Origin: an uncultured Lachnospiraceae bacterium
Lineage (GTDB): Bacteria; Bacillota; Clostridia; Lachnospirales; Lachnospiraceae
DNA length: 64,000 nt
Assembly: GCA_910584325.1 (NCBI GenBank)
Contig: CAJTZH010000001.1
Location: 12,328-76,327 of the forward strand
Reading direction: 5' to 3'
Shown here: positions 1 to 9,988 of the stretch, piece after piece
Layout: each line of letters opens with the position of its first letter
How positions within the stretch are numbered: position 1 is the first letter of the stretch
Notes under the pieces: model-generated
Told to the model about the DNA's origin: nothing
The model's database searches: none
What the model saw: the letters and a program-made list of their open reading frames with translations, nothing else
Position numbers and translations under genes: made by a program

Positions 1-656
1 ACCCGGTTATCCAGAAAAAACTGAATCTCCGAAAGCACCCGGGAAATGCTGCGAAACCGTACCGTTTTATCAATGGACGACATACAATAACTGCAGCGAA
101 ACGGACATCCTCTGCTGCTCTCATAATAAATAATCCTGTTATGAAACTTCTCCAAATCATCATAAACAAAAGGAATCTCATCCATACTTTTGGGAATCCG
201 GGGCGGCGCAGCGCAAATTTTTCCTTCACAGCGATAAAAAATCCCCGGAATATCCAAAAGCGCGCCACCATTTACGTAGTAGTCCATTAACGCAAAAAAT
301 GTTTCCTCTCCCTCCCCCGTCATTACTCCTGACAGATACGGATTTTCATTAAAAATTCTTTCTCCGTCATAGGAAACTTCGGGTCCGCCAAACCATATGG
401 GAACCTTTGGCAGAAGTTTATGCAGTTCTCTCGCTACGTCACGCACATATTCAATATTCCACACATAACACGAAAAGAATAAAACGTCCGGTTTTCTGGT
501 ATAGATATCGCGCACAACACTGTCTGACTGTTGATTAATCGTATACTCCAAAAGCTCCATGTTTTCCGAAAAACGTCCGGCATATTTCGCCAAACTGTAC
601 ACAGCCAGATTAGAGTGTATGTATTTTGCATTAACTGCCACAAGTAACGCTTTCAT
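1..656 (-). CDS. B12-binding-domain radical SAM protein, N-terminal ~218 codons (3' end lies beyond the window edge)
   Basis: Absent from the ORF track because it runs off the edge. Manual minus-strand translation from ATG 656-654 gives MKALLVAVNAKYIHSNLAVYSLAKYAGRFSENMELLEYTINQQSDSVVRDIYTRKPDVLFFSCYVWNIEYV...YYESSRGCPFRCSYCMSSIDKTVRFRSI with no stop to position 1. CPFRCSYC is a CxxxCxxC radical SAM cluster motif following a B12-binding-like N-domain. Confidence 0.8.
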   Translation of the reverse strand, partial: MKALLVAVNAKYIHSNLAVYSLAKYAGRFSENMELLEYTINQQSDSVVRDIYTRKPDVLFFSCYVWNIEYVRDVARELHKLLPKVPIWFGGPEVSYDGERIFNENPYLSGVMTGEGEETFFALMDYYVNGGALLDIPGIFYRCEGKICAAPPRIPKSMDEIPFVYDDLEKFHNRIIYYESSRGCPFRCSYCMSSIDKTVRFRSISRVLSEIQFFLDNR

Positions 657-684
657 ATGAATCTTTTTCTCTCCTAATTACAAT

Positions 685-717
685 CAAAAAACAGGGCGGA
701 AACTGTACCGCCCTGTC
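685..717 (-). terminator. Rho-independent terminator after the GGDEF gene
   Basis: Minus strand reads CAGGGCGG-TACAGTTT-CCGCCCTG followed by TTTTTTG. It lies directly downstream of the stop at 722. Confidence 0.75.
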
Positions 718-721
718 TGTA

Positions 722-2488
722 CTATCTGTCATCCATGGCTAATTCAAATACTTTGCCCAGGAAATTCAAATACGCTCTATCGTCGTTACTCCATTTTCTC
801 GCCGACGTGCTTCTTTTATAAAAAGCAATATATCCCTCATGATGCCGGTTACTCATACGGTAAAAAATCGCAGACGTAATGTTACGTTCCTTCATGTATT
901 GATATGCCGCCGGATATACCATCTCCACATCCGCGACATTGTTAACGACCGCGATGCCGTTCTCGTTAAACGCGCTCTGGAAATTATCCTTATCTACAAA
1001 TTCTATAGACCTTGGCATATCGTCAGGAATTTTCTTCCACCCCATCCCAATCTTATTCTTATCTCCGTAGAAAATGGTAATCTCATCCAAATCCATCGTC
1101 AAGGCAATTTCCTCAAACGCTGTCTCATACGTCATTATCTGTTTATGAAGGAAAAAGTCTAATATCCTCAGTACAAGTTTCTCTTTGTCCTTCTTCTGCT
1201 GCGGAACAACTTTATTGGCAGTCTCTATCTCGCCATGCAGTACGTCGCCATGAATCTCCGGCGTATAAATAATATAGCGGTTCTTTCCCTTCTTTTTGGC
1301 ATTGTAAAGCATCTTATCCGCAATTTTAAACAAATCCTCATAATTATCCGAATGCGCCGGATAAGACGCCACGCCCACGGAACAGGTAAGGTCTACATTT
1401 TCTTTTTTTCCTTTATATGCCCATTCTATATTAGAACGGACGCTTCGCAGAACACCGCGCAATTCCGAATGGTTTTCTATCTTCTCCAGAACAATCATCA
1501 GCTCATCACCGCCGATACGTCCGATAACACCCTTTTCTCCGATTGCCTCTTTTAAAATACTTGCCGCCGTGACCAAAACCTCGTCACCAAACATATGCCC
1601 GAATGTATCGTTGATATTTTTGAAATTATCCAGATCAAGAATACACAAATGTACCGGAACCTTCGGCTTCGACGCAAGCAGATTCTTAACATAATCTGTA
1701 ATCGCTTTCTTATTCAGCACATCCATCGCCGCGTCTTTGCTTGCCTCGGCAAAATAATTAATCTCTTTCTTCTTGGTATGCTGATTCACCACAGAAATGC
1801 AGCCGATAACCTTACGCTCTCTCGAATGATTGAGTATCGTCTTCCCCTTAATCAGATGCATATCCATCGTCTTATTCAGAGAAAACTTGGAAGAAAGCAA
1901 TTCGTATCGGAAACTCCTTGTTCCCCGCCTGATATCCTCACACAACGCATCAAACTCACTCTCATACTGCTTATCCACATAATGATTCGATTGAATATCT
2001 TCAATGAACTCCGGCAGCGTCCCGCTGAACAAACTGACCGTCTGCTTATTGCCGCCCATAAACATCTTAAAATCGCCCTCATCGATATTGTAAATAAACA
2101 AAAATTCATCAAGCAGTCCAAAAAATTCTCCATACTCCAGATTGGTATTATTGATATCGCTTAACTCTCTCTCCAACGCCTGTATATCCTGAATATTCAC
2201 ATTGATAAGCTGCTCTCCGTTTAATTCGACGGTATTGTATTCCAGGTCGGCAAGAATCCACCGGTATCTTCCATCCTGTCTTCTAATACGGTAAGCAATC
2301 ACATTATGTCCGTCTTCCGCCAGCTCGGCTACTGCCTGAGACAGCCTTGAAAGGTCCTTCGGATGGGCGCTCTTTGCCAGTGAAGCAAAACTGTCTAGTC
2401 CAACATATTTATAAAAATTCTCATCTGCATTCTTAATCTGAAGCAGTTTGTCAATTGTAACCGAACCTGTGTTAAACTTTGCCATCAA
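722..2488 (-). CDS. GGDEF-domain signalling protein (diguanylate cyclase family) with a PAS-like N-terminus and an extra C-terminal domain
   Basis: 588 aa. Central LDLDNFKNINDTFGHMFGDEVL...GRIGGDELMIVL is a GGDEF-domain signature, with the motif variant GGDEL. Confidence 0.85.
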   Translation of the reverse strand: MMAKFNTGSVTIDKLLQIKNADENFYKYVGLDSFASLAKSAHPKDLSRLSQAVAELAEDGHNVIAYRIRRQDGRYRWILADLEYNTVELNGEQLINVNIQDIQALERELSDINNTNLEYGEFFGLLDEFLFIYNIDEGDFKMFMGGNKQTVSLFSGTLPEFIEDIQSNHYVDKQYESEFDALCEDIRRGTRSFRYELLSSKFSLNKTMDMHLIKGKTILNHSRERKVIGCISVVNQHTKKKEINYFAEASKDAAMDVLNKKAITDYVKNLLASKPKVPVHLCILDLDNFKNINDTFGHMFGDEVLVTAASILKEAIGEKGVIGRIGGDELMIVLEKIENHSELRGVLRSVRSNIEWAYKGKKENVDLTCSVGVASYPAHSDNYEDLFKIADKMLYNAKKKGKNRYIIYTPEIHGDVLHGEIETANKVVPQQKKDKEKLVLRILDFFLHKQIMTYETAFEEIALTMDLDEITIFYGDKNKIGMGWKKIPDDMPRSIEFVDKDNFQSAFNENGIAVVNNVADVEMVYPAAYQYMKERNITSAIFYRMSNRHHEGYIAFYKRSTSARKWSNDDRAYLNFLGKVFELAMDDR

Positions 2489-2664
2489 ACCTCTTCTCCT
2501 GTTATAAAACCTTCCCGCACCAAAAATGTATGATTATTTTTATTGTAACATATATTTTTTGAAATAACAAGAAGCGTCCCCTTACTTTTGGGAAAATGAT
2601 TTTATTGAAAGCCCTTTAAAAAAACGGTATAATGACTTTATCAAATACGATTGAGGTGAATACT

Positions 2665-4101
2665 ATGAGCGCGCTGAAATTTTCTTACAAAAAACCGGAA
2701 GAAACAGGCATTGATTCCGTATGGATTACAAACTTTCTGGACCGTCTGGAACACTGCCATCTTCCGATGCACAGTTTCATTTTAATGAAGGATGATTCCA
2801 TTGTGGCGGAAACCTACTATGCTCCATATACAGCGGACACACAGCACCGTATGTTTTCCATCACCAAAAGTTTTGTATCCGTTGCCATAGGACTGCTTGC
2901 TAAGGAGGGCAGATTAACGCTTGACGATTTTATTATTTCCTACTTCCCTGAGAAACTGAACGATATAACGCCTTCCCCTTATCTGACGGAAATGACCATC
3001 CGTGATATGCTTACCATGACTTCCTGTCACGCAAAGACTACTTATAAGGCTCCCGGATGCACGGACTGGGTCGGCTCATTTTTTACCACAGCGCCGTCCC
3101 ATGCGCCGGGTACAACCTTTTCTTATGACACATCCGCCACGCATACGCTTTGTGCATTGGTTGAAAAACTCACCGGCATGAAACTGCTTGATTACATGCG
3201 CGCAAAATTTCTTGATGACATCGGTTTCTCCAAAGACGCTTATGTTATCGAGGCTCCCGGCGGCGAGAGTCTCGGCGGTTCCGGATTAATGTGTACGCCA
3301 ATGGATTTACTCCGTTTCATCTACGTCATCAGCAAAAACGGTTGTCTTGACGGCAAACAGATACTTCCCGAATCTTATATCAAAGCCGCTACAAGCAAAC
3401 AGTCCGATACGTACGGAAAAAGCGCCACCTGGGAAGAAATGCAGGGTTACGGCTACCAGTTCTGGATGACTTCGCACAGCGGATACGCCTGCTACGGAAT
3501 GGGCGGACAGTACGCGTTAGTTTATCCGGAAAAGAACATTATTGTCGTCACCACCGCGGATACACAGGGACGCCAAGGCGGAACACAGCTGATTTACGAC
3601 GCGTTTTATCAGGAAATCTACGACAAAATCGGCGTGGAAATCGTTCCGGCAGTTCCGTCCTGCAATCTGGAACAGTATTTAAAGACCCGCTCGCTGTTCT
3701 ATGTGCAAGGCGGCAATACTTCACCGATTGTCGAAAGAATCAAAGGAGTCCGCTACGAAATGGACGTGAATCCAATGGGTTTTAAATGGGTTTCCCTGTC
3801 TGTTGACAAATATGACGGAACATTCGACTACGAAACGGACAAAGGCGTTTTTTCACTTCCGTTCAGCATCCAGTCGAATCAGGTTGTGGAATTTCCTCAC
3901 TACCGGTACAAGGCATGTACAAGCGGCGCTTTTCTGGACACGAATACATTTCTGATAAAAGCGCATATTATAGACGAATGTGTTGGAAATCTGTTTATTC
4001 AGCTTGTTTTTAAGGGAAATGACGTAACTGTCATGATGCGCAAATTTGAAGAAACTATGTTTACGGAATTTGATGGTTTTATATGCGGGCACCGCTCATA
4101 G
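2665..4101 (+). CDS. Serine hydrolase, beta-lactamase/PBP-related family
   Basis: SxxK motif in FSITKSF near the N-terminus, with an extra C-terminal domain. Start moved to ATG 2665, preceded by GAGGTGA; the ORF-track start is 2632. Confidence 0.8.
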   Translation: MSALKFSYKKPEETGIDSVWITNFLDRLEHCHLPMHSFILMKDDSIVAETYYAPYTADTQHRMFSITKSFVSVAIGLLAKEGRLTLDDFIISYFPEKLNDITPSPYLTEMTIRDMLTMTSCHAKTTYKAPGCTDWVGSFFTTAPSHAPGTTFSYDTSATHTLCALVEKLTGMKLLDYMRAKFLDDIGFSKDAYVIEAPGGESLGGSGLMCTPMDLLRFIYVISKNGCLDGKQILPESYIKAATSKQSDTYGKSATWEEMQGYGYQFWMTSHSGYACYGMGGQYALVYPEKNIIVVTTADTQGRQGGTQLIYDAFYQEIYDKIGVEIVPAVPSCNLEQYLKTRSLFYVQGGNTSPIVERIKGVRYEMDVNPMGFKWVSLSVDKYDGTFDYETDKGVFSLPFSIQSNQVVEFPHYRYKACTSGAFLDTNTFLIKAHIIDECVGNLFIQLVFKGNDVTVMMRKFEETMFTEFDGFICGHRS

Positions 4102-4123
4102 CCCTTCCCATATTGCAATAAAA

Positions 4124-4190
4124 GAGGCTGCCGTATTGTGCCCGTCCAATCAGATTGGTACGCAAATGCGGCAGCCTCCTTTTCTTTTTA
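4124..4190. terminator. Hairpin terminator between convergent genes
   Basis: GAGGCTGCCG (4124-4133) pairs with CGGCAGCCTC (4169-4178), followed by TTTTCTTTTT on plus and flanked by an A/T run on the other side. The loop is long. Confidence 0.5.
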
Positions 4191-4565
4191 TTGAACGCAG
4201 GCAATCGCTTCAACCTCGCAGAGAACATTCTTAGGAAGCGTCTTTACTGCCACGCAGCTTCTCGCCGGCTTACCGGTAAAATATTTCTCATACACCGCGT
4301 TAAAAGCCGCGAAATCCTCCATATTGGCAAGAAAACAAGTCGTTTTTACCGTATCATCGTATGTAACGCCTGCTGCCTTTAGAACGCCACCCAGGTTCTT
4401 CATAACCTGCTCTGCCTGTTCTGTAATGTTCTGCCCTATAATCGCGCCTGTCGCCGGATCCGCCGGAATCTGTCCTGACGTAAACACCATATTTCCCGTA
4501 ATCATTCCCTGTGAATATGGTCCGATTGCCTTCGGCGCGTCTTCTGTAACAATTGCTTTCATCAT
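4188..4565 (-). CDS. ridA: RidA/YjgF family reactive-intermediate deaminase
   Basis: 125 aa; APKAIGPYSQG...SGQIP...ARSCVAVKTLPKNVLCEVEAIA is typical of RidA. Confidence 0.9.
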   Translation of the reverse strand: MMKAIVTEDAPKAIGPYSQGMITGNMVFTSGQIPADPATGAIIGQNITEQAEQVMKNLGGVLKAAGVTYDDTVKTTCFLANMEDFAAFNAVYEKYFTGKPARSCVAVKTLPKNVLCEVEAIACVQ

Positions 4566-4588
4566 AATTTTCCCTCCTAATAAAAAAT

Positions 4589-4933
4589 TTAGAAATTACC
4601 GCCGTTCCAGCCCCAGTTACTTACCGCCTCATATTTTACATAAACATGGTCCGCGGGAATCCCCAATACTTCGTCAAATATCTTACAGAGTTCCTCCGTC
4701 ATTTTAGAAAATGCAGCCTTATTTTCTCCTCCGAAAACTTTCACCTCGATATATGCCGTCGGCACGCTGTCATCCCCCCTGAAATAAAGATGATATTCAT
4801 CCTGAAATCCTGTCATCAGCCAACTCTCCGACTTTCCTGGCACAATCTCAATTGCCTTTCCTAATTTTGTTTTTAATAAGATTTCCTGTTCTTTCGTCAT
4901 CTTAACGCTTACTTTCGAATCAATAAATGGCAT
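4589..4933 (-). CDS. Tautomerase/MIF superfamily protein
   Basis: 114 aa. Met-Pro N-terminus (MPFI, candidate catalytic Pro1) and a beta-alpha-beta-like pattern. Confidence 0.55.
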   Translation of the reverse strand: MPFIDSKVSVKMTKEQEILLKTKLGKAIEIVPGKSESWLMTGFQDEYHLYFRGDDSVPTAYIEVKVFGGENKAAFSKMTEELCKIFDEVLGIPADHVYVKYEAVSNWGWNGGNF

Positions 4934-4934
4934 A

Positions 4935-5540
4935 TTACTTTCCTCCGTTTTCTATTTTTGAAAATATATTTACAAGCAGTTTACTCTGCAGCAGCGCGCC
5001 GAGAGCACCCCCCGCAAAAATAACGTATATGTACGCATATGGCGTCAGTAAAATAAATACTGCCGGAACCGCTGCCAGCACAAGTAACACAATCGTGTAC
5101 GGAAGTCTGCTGATTGCAAGCAGCCCTGCATTTCGAAGAGACATTCCTATAGAATTCTCATACCTTGCCATAAGCGGAAACAGATACTGCATAACCGCAA
5201 AAACAATCAGCAATGCAGCAGCCGTTACAAAAAATCCTGCCGCCGAATAACTCTCCCTCGACGAAAGCAGCATCCACGCGTCATATCCCAGAACTGCCAG
5301 TATCAGTTCCAGCACAACGCCTACAATTATGCCCTGTTTCAAATTATCCTTAAATGCTTTAAAATAACTTTTTATAACATACCCCTCTTGATTTTGCGCC
5401 ATCTTCAATGTTACCGTATAGAGCGATATCAATGCGGTTCCTGCCGTAACGACAGGGATACATGTCAGTAAAAAACATAAATTCAAAAAAACAATATCAC
5501 CAATACGGCTCATAAAAAGAAAAAAACCGTTTTCTTCCAT
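4935..5540 (-). CDS. YesL/DUF624 family membrane protein
   Basis: IGDIVFLNLCFLLTCIPVVTAGTALISLY and multiple TM segments. Start moved to ATG 5540, preceded by GGAGGA. The ORF-track start at 5660 would overlap ldh. Confidence 0.7.
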   Translation of the reverse strand: MEENGFFLFMSRIGDIVFLNLCFLLTCIPVVTAGTALISLYTVTLKMAQNQEGYVIKSYFKAFKDNLKQGIIVGVVLELILAVLGYDAWMLLSSRESYSAAGFFVTAAALLIVFAVMQYLFPLMARYENSIGMSLRNAGLLAISRLPYTIVLLVLAAVPAVFILLTPYAYIYVIFAGGALGALLQSKLLVNIFSKIENGGK

Positions 5541-5625
5541 AATGTCCTCCCGACACGTTTCATGTATTCTGTCAAAAGGGGAAGCCGGCAAAAGGCTTCC
5601 CCAAAAGATTCCTTCCAAATAAACT

Positions 5626-6570
5626 TTATATTCCGGCGTATGTTTCACGAAGCACTTCACATGATTTGGTCATCTGGGCAAGTTCTTCCTGCGTCAGATT
5701 CAGTTCAAGTACTCTCGCCGCGCCGTTCCTGTTTACAACACAAGGCACTCCGACATATACGTCCGACTGTCCGTACTGCCCTTCCAGTTTAGCCGACACG
5801 GTTAATACGCTGTTTTCATTTTCAAAAATCGCTTTCGTAATACGGGTTAGTGCCATGCCAATACCATAATAAGTCGCTTTTTTGGCATCAATAATTTTAT
5901 AGGCAGCCATTCTTACTTCCGTAGCAATTTTCTCCATATCCTCGTAAGAAAATTCTTCAGGATGCTTCTTAAAAATATCCAGAACAGGTTTTGTTGCCAA
6001 TAATGCCTGGCTCCAAGGAACAAACTCCGAATCACCGTGTTCTCCCATTACATACGCGTGCATGTTTTTCGGGTCAATACCAAAATATTCACCAAGTTCA
6101 TACCGAAGCCGTGCCGTATCAAGCGCCGTTCCCGTTCCAAACACTCTTGACGCGTCCATGCCGGAGAGTTCCTGCGTGATTTTTGTCATGATGTCAACGG
6201 GATTTGTCGCTACAAGAAAAATCCCGTCAAATCCACTCTTCATAACATTCCCTACAACCGACTCAAAAACCTGCTTGTTGCGTTTTAAAAGATTCAGCCT
6301 GCTCTCTCCCGGTTTTTGTGCCACGCCTGCACAAATCACTACAATATCAGCATCTTTACATTCCTCATAGCCTCCCGCTTTTATCAGCATATTTGCCTGC
6401 CCAAACGCAAGACCGTGATTTAAATCCATAGCCTCGCCCTCTGCCCTGTTCACATCCAAATCACTTAATATAAGTTCATTACATGTATTTTGATTGACCA
6501 TTGCATAGGCATAACTCATTCCTACCATGCCGCATCCGACAAGAACTACTTTTCTGTTATCAATTCCCAT
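5626..6570 (-). CDS. ldh: L-lactate dehydrogenase
   Basis: 314 aa; KVVLVGCGMVGMSYAYAM (Rossmann), ICAGVAQKPGESRL, MGEHGDSEFVPWS. Confidence 0.93.
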   Translation of the reverse strand: MGIDNRKVVLVGCGMVGMSYAYAMVNQNTCNELILSDLDVNRAEGEAMDLNHGLAFGQANMLIKAGGYEECKDADIVVICAGVAQKPGESRLNLLKRNKQVFESVVGNVMKSGFDGIFLVATNPVDIMTKITQELSGMDASRVFGTGTALDTARLRYELGEYFGIDPKNMHAYVMGEHGDSEFVPWSQALLATKPVLDIFKKHPEEFSYEDMEKIATEVRMAAYKIIDAKKATYYGIGMALTRITKAIFENENSVLTVSAKLEGQYGQSDVYVGVPCVVNRNGAARVLELNLTQEELAQMTKSCEVLRETYAGI

Positions 6571-6656
6571 TGCAAATTCCTCCCAATATCCTGTTGTTAT
6601 ACTTAGAATATCCGAAAGACTTGAAAATATGCATCATACGACTTCATCCGCCCGTT

Positions 6657-7508
6657 TTACTGCGCCATTTCTGCTATCAGATTTAAAATGAAGCCATAAT
6701 ACGCTTTTTTAATGTTCAATCCGTTGCTTGAAAGCTCCGCATTGAGGTCGCCGTTATCGTCAGAAATTGATTTATTGACGTTGAGGAACCGGATACCTTC
6801 ATACTCAGACAATAACTGATTCAGTTTTGTCACATCATCATTATTAATCGCGGTATTATCTTTCGCCTCATACGCTGACGTTACAGGAAACGTTGAAATT
6901 ACATAAACCGTTGCGTTCGGAAGTTTCTCGCGCACGCCGTTAATCAACGTCTTATAACTTTCAAACACTTTATCGCCGTTGTTGTTTTCGTTATTCAAAT
7001 CATTAATACCGATTTCAATAAATACTTTATTCGCATTTGACGACGCTACGGTTCCAAGACCGTTGGATACCGCCTTTCCAATCGTCCAGTTTTCATTAAA
7101 CACAAGCTTCTTTTTGTCGATAAAGCCGTACAAATCAATTCCCGATATAAATGTATCTCCTATAAAAACGGCATCATCAAAAAACGACTCGTTCGCAAAC
7201 TCTTCCTCGGCAGGCGCCTTTACAATGTCGCTGGAAACTGTCGTTGGTTCCTCGGTCGTCGTCTCCGGCTCCTGCGTCACCGGCTCCGTTACCTCCTGCG
7301 TCTGTACCGGCGTTGTCGTCTCTACCGGTGTCGTTGTTTCCTCCGGCTTCTTCTTTTTATCCGGCTTGGCTCCCACGGCTTTTACAATCGCAACAATAAT
7401 CGCAATAATGATAATCAGAACAACTATCATCAGATATATCAGCTTTTTGTACTTATGCCATGCCCGCTGCATCTTGTTTCTCTTAATATTTCTGTTCATT
7501 GCATTCAC
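6657..7508 (-). CDS. Membrane-anchored SGNH/GDSL-like hydrolase with a Thr/Pro/Glu-rich linker
   Basis: N-terminal TM (LIYLMIVVLIIIIAIIVAIV), linker PEETTTPVETTTPVQTQEVTEP, then FIGDTFISG...IEIGINDL blocks. Confidence 0.7.
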   Translation of the reverse strand: MNAMNRNIKRNKMQRAWHKYKKLIYLMIVVLIIIIAIIVAIVKAVGAKPDKKKKPEETTTPVETTTPVQTQEVTEPVTQEPETTTEEPTTVSSDIVKAPAEEEFANESFFDDAVFIGDTFISGIDLYGFIDKKKLVFNENWTIGKAVSNGLGTVASSNANKVFIEIGINDLNNENNNGDKVFESYKTLINGVREKLPNATVYVISTFPVTSAYEAKDNTAINNDDVTKLNQLLSEYEGIRFLNVNKSISDDNGDLNAELSSNGLNIKKAYYGFILNLIAEMAQ

Positions 7509-7511
7509 ACC

Positions 7512-9629
7512 TCAATCCGTATTGACCTTCCGAAGCACCACCGCCGAAGTTCCACGAAGTCCTATATCCAGCATACCGTTCGTCAGCTCATAATAAAGCG
7601 ACATTGTGCTGTAGTCATTTTCCGTTGTAACCATCAACTGTTCCAGTACGCTGTTTTCTTCCACTCCCAGCTCCCATACAGGGATAATTGCCCTTCTCTC
7701 GTCTTCACTGTTATTTACAATCACTATGATAATATTATCATGCAAGAACCGCCCATAGCTGATTAAATTATAATCCGCCGCCAGTTCTTTCAATGAGCCT
7801 TTCATTAAAGCCGGATTTTGTTTGTGAATCTTAATCATATCACGGTGGAACGCAATCAAATCCAAATCCTCATGCCCCCACGGATACGTCCTCCGGTTAT
7901 CGGGGTCCGTCCAGCCGCACACGCCCGCTTCATCACCGTAATATATTGTCGGCGCTCCCGGCCATGTCATCTGAACCACTACAGCCTCACGGAAAATGCC
8001 CTTGTTAACCCCGTAATTGGCTGCCTCAGAGCCTCGGGTTGACAATCTTCCAACCTGATGGTTTGTTCTTGTGAGGAACCTGGAATGGTCATGGTTGGAT
8101 AATTCATTCATGCTGACGGATACTGCCGGCGCTCCCATACGCGCCATATTATGCCTCATTCCGTCAAAGAAATAACGCGGATTGCCAAGCATATCCTGAC
8201 GAAATCCATCGCTGTGCTTCTCAAGACCGGTCAAAAACCACGTCAGCGGCTCCATAAACGCATCGTAGTTCATGATGGTATCCCACTGGTCACCCTGCAG
8301 CCAGTCATATGAGTCTCCGTAATTTTCCGCCAGAATAATCGCCTGCGGATTTGCTTCTTTTACCGTCTTGCGGAACTTTCTCCAGAATTCATGATTGTAT
8401 TCCCTGCTATGGCCTAAATCCGCAGCGACGTCCAGTCTCCAGCCGTCGCAGTTATATGGCGGTGAAACCCATTTCGCCGCTATACGCAGGATATATTCCT
8501 CCAATCCCGGCGAATGCTCGTAATTGAGTTTCGGAAGCGTATCGTTGCCCCACCAGCCATCATAATGAGTGTTTTCGGGCCATGTACCTCCATTGAAATC
8601 AAAAAAGCTCTTATATGCACTATCCTGTGCCCAGTACGCGCCGGGTTCATACTCGTCACTGCTTCTTTTATAAATACCTTCCCGATCCATCCACTTGTTA
8701 AAAGAACCGCAGTGGTTAAATACGCCGTCTATAATCACTTTCATGCCGCGCTTATGAATTTCATCCACAACATGCGCAAAAAAAGCATTACTTGCCTCTA
8801 AATTCTTCTTACTTGTGACGCGTTTAATATATTTTGTCGCGTTGGTATTGTCGTTATCTCCCTCTTTCAGAGTCTCTCCCCCATCTTCCACTATCACTCC
8901 AAAATGAGGGTCTATATAATCATAATCCTGAATATCGTATTTATGATTGGACGGCGAAACAAACAACGGATTAAAATAAATCACATCAATTCCCAACTTC
9001 TGCAGGTAATCCAGTTTATCCAGAACTCCCTGCAAATCCCCGCCATAGAACGAACGCACATCCATCTCCTTAGGATACGCATCCCAGTCTTTGACTTTAT
9101 CTGTCGGCTGACCGATATAGATATATTCTCTGTCCTCCACATCATTCGTTATGTCACCGTTACAGAACCGATCGACATAAATCTGATACATAACCGCGCC
9201 TTTTGCCCAGTCCGGCGTCTTATACCCCGGCATGATAGTAAAGTTATAGTCAGGATTTAACTCTTTATAAACACCGACTTTATTATAATATGCCAGCGTC
9301 TTTCCCAAATAAATCTCAAAATAATAAAAAATCTTCTCTGTACCCGTATGAATTACCGCTTCATAATAATCGAACAACATATTCGAATAAATACGTTTCA
9401 TAACGTGTCTCTCGGAATTTGTTGCCAAAACTATCCTGTCTGCATTATAGCGGTATGTTCTGAAACGAATCTTTACGTCCTCATCAACTCCCGGCTCAGC
9501 AGGCGTCCTGAAATTTTCTGTCTCGTCAGAAAAGAACGCTCTCCTGTTTAATGTCGGTCTGCTATTGGTCATATAAAACAACTTTTTTTCGTATGGTAAA
9601 TATGAGCCAATGTTTTTGGATATAATCAT
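7512..9629 (-). CDS. GH13 alpha-glycosidase (neopullulanase/cyclomaltodextrinase-like)
   Basis: GH13 blocks DGVFNHCG, GWRLDVAADL, ILAENYG, NELSNHDHSRF. Start placed at ATG 9629 after GAGGTGA; the ORF-track TTG start is 9719. Confidence 0.88.
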   Translation of the reverse strand: MIISKNIGSYLPYEKKLFYMTNSRPTLNRRAFFSDETENFRTPAEPGVDEDVKIRFRTYRYNADRIVLATNSERHVMKRIYSNMLFDYYEAVIHTGTEKIFYYFEIYLGKTLAYYNKVGVYKELNPDYNFTIMPGYKTPDWAKGAVMYQIYVDRFCNGDITNDVEDREYIYIGQPTDKVKDWDAYPKEMDVRSFYGGDLQGVLDKLDYLQKLGIDVIYFNPLFVSPSNHKYDIQDYDYIDPHFGVIVEDGGETLKEGDNDNTNATKYIKRVTSKKNLEASNAFFAHVVDEIHKRGMKVIIDGVFNHCGSFNKWMDREGIYKRSSDEYEPGAYWAQDSAYKSFFDFNGGTWPENTHYDGWWGNDTLPKLNYEHSPGLEEYILRIAAKWVSPPYNCDGWRLDVAADLGHSREYNHEFWRKFRKTVKEANPQAIILAENYGDSYDWLQGDQWDTIMNYDAFMEPLTWFLTGLEKHSDGFRQDMLGNPRYFFDGMRHNMARMGAPAVSVSMNELSNHDHSRFLTRTNHQVGRLSTRGSEAANYGVNKGIFREAVVVQMTWPGAPTIYYGDEAGVCGWTDPDNRRTYPWGHEDLDLIAFHRDMIKIHKQNPALMKGSLKELAADYNLISYGRFLHDNIIIVIVNNSEDERRAIIPVWELGVEENSVLEQLMVTTENDYSTMSLYYELTNGMLDIGLRGTSAVVLRKVNTD

Positions 9630-9737
9630 ACATTCACCTCTAAAAGCTACTTCTTTTATTTTACCCTCTATTACCATATAATTCAAGAATATTTTCGTCT
9701 GGGTTTCGCATTTCGGCAATTTAGCGGTATAAAAAGT

Positions 9738-9772
9738 AAAAAGGACAGCATTTCGGGGTGCCGTCCTTTTTG
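9738..9772. terminator. Bidirectional-looking hairpin terminator
   Basis: AAAAAGGACAGCA-TTTCGGGG-TGCCGTCCTTTTT with A/T runs on both sides. It sits in the gap between ftsH and the GH13 gene. Confidence 0.6.
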
Positions 9773-9988
9773 GAGAAGGTATTCATTTTATTATGGGGTA
9801 GTGATAGTAGAATCTCCTGTTTAGGTAACTCGCACTATCGAATAACAAAATATATATAATGTATTGGGGTTTTACAAATATGATTATACCAAATTCTTCA
9901 ATAAAGTGTTCACAAATCTCACAAATTTTTCCATTGTTTTTTGGCAATAATCACCAAATCAATTACCCTATACAAATACAAAACACGA

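Noticed and set aside
1595-2164. 189-aa plus-strand ORF and other antisense ORFs (839-1162, 1235-1555, 6979-7593, 41135-41533, 19003-19416, and others)
   Set aside because: All lie inside longer, motif-supported genes on the opposite strand. They have skewed Ile/Arg/Leu composition and no ribosome-binding sites.
5541-5660. N-terminal 40-codon extension of the DUF624 gene overlapping ldh
   Set aside because: An internal ATG at 5540 has a strong GGAGGA SD and corresponds to the usual family N-terminus. The extension would overlap the 3' end of ldh.
6571-6656. Possible Rex operator upstream of ldh
   Set aside because: I looked for TTGTGAA-N4-TTCACAA-like inverted repeats. Only a weak half-site (TTGTTATA) is present, with no matching second arm.
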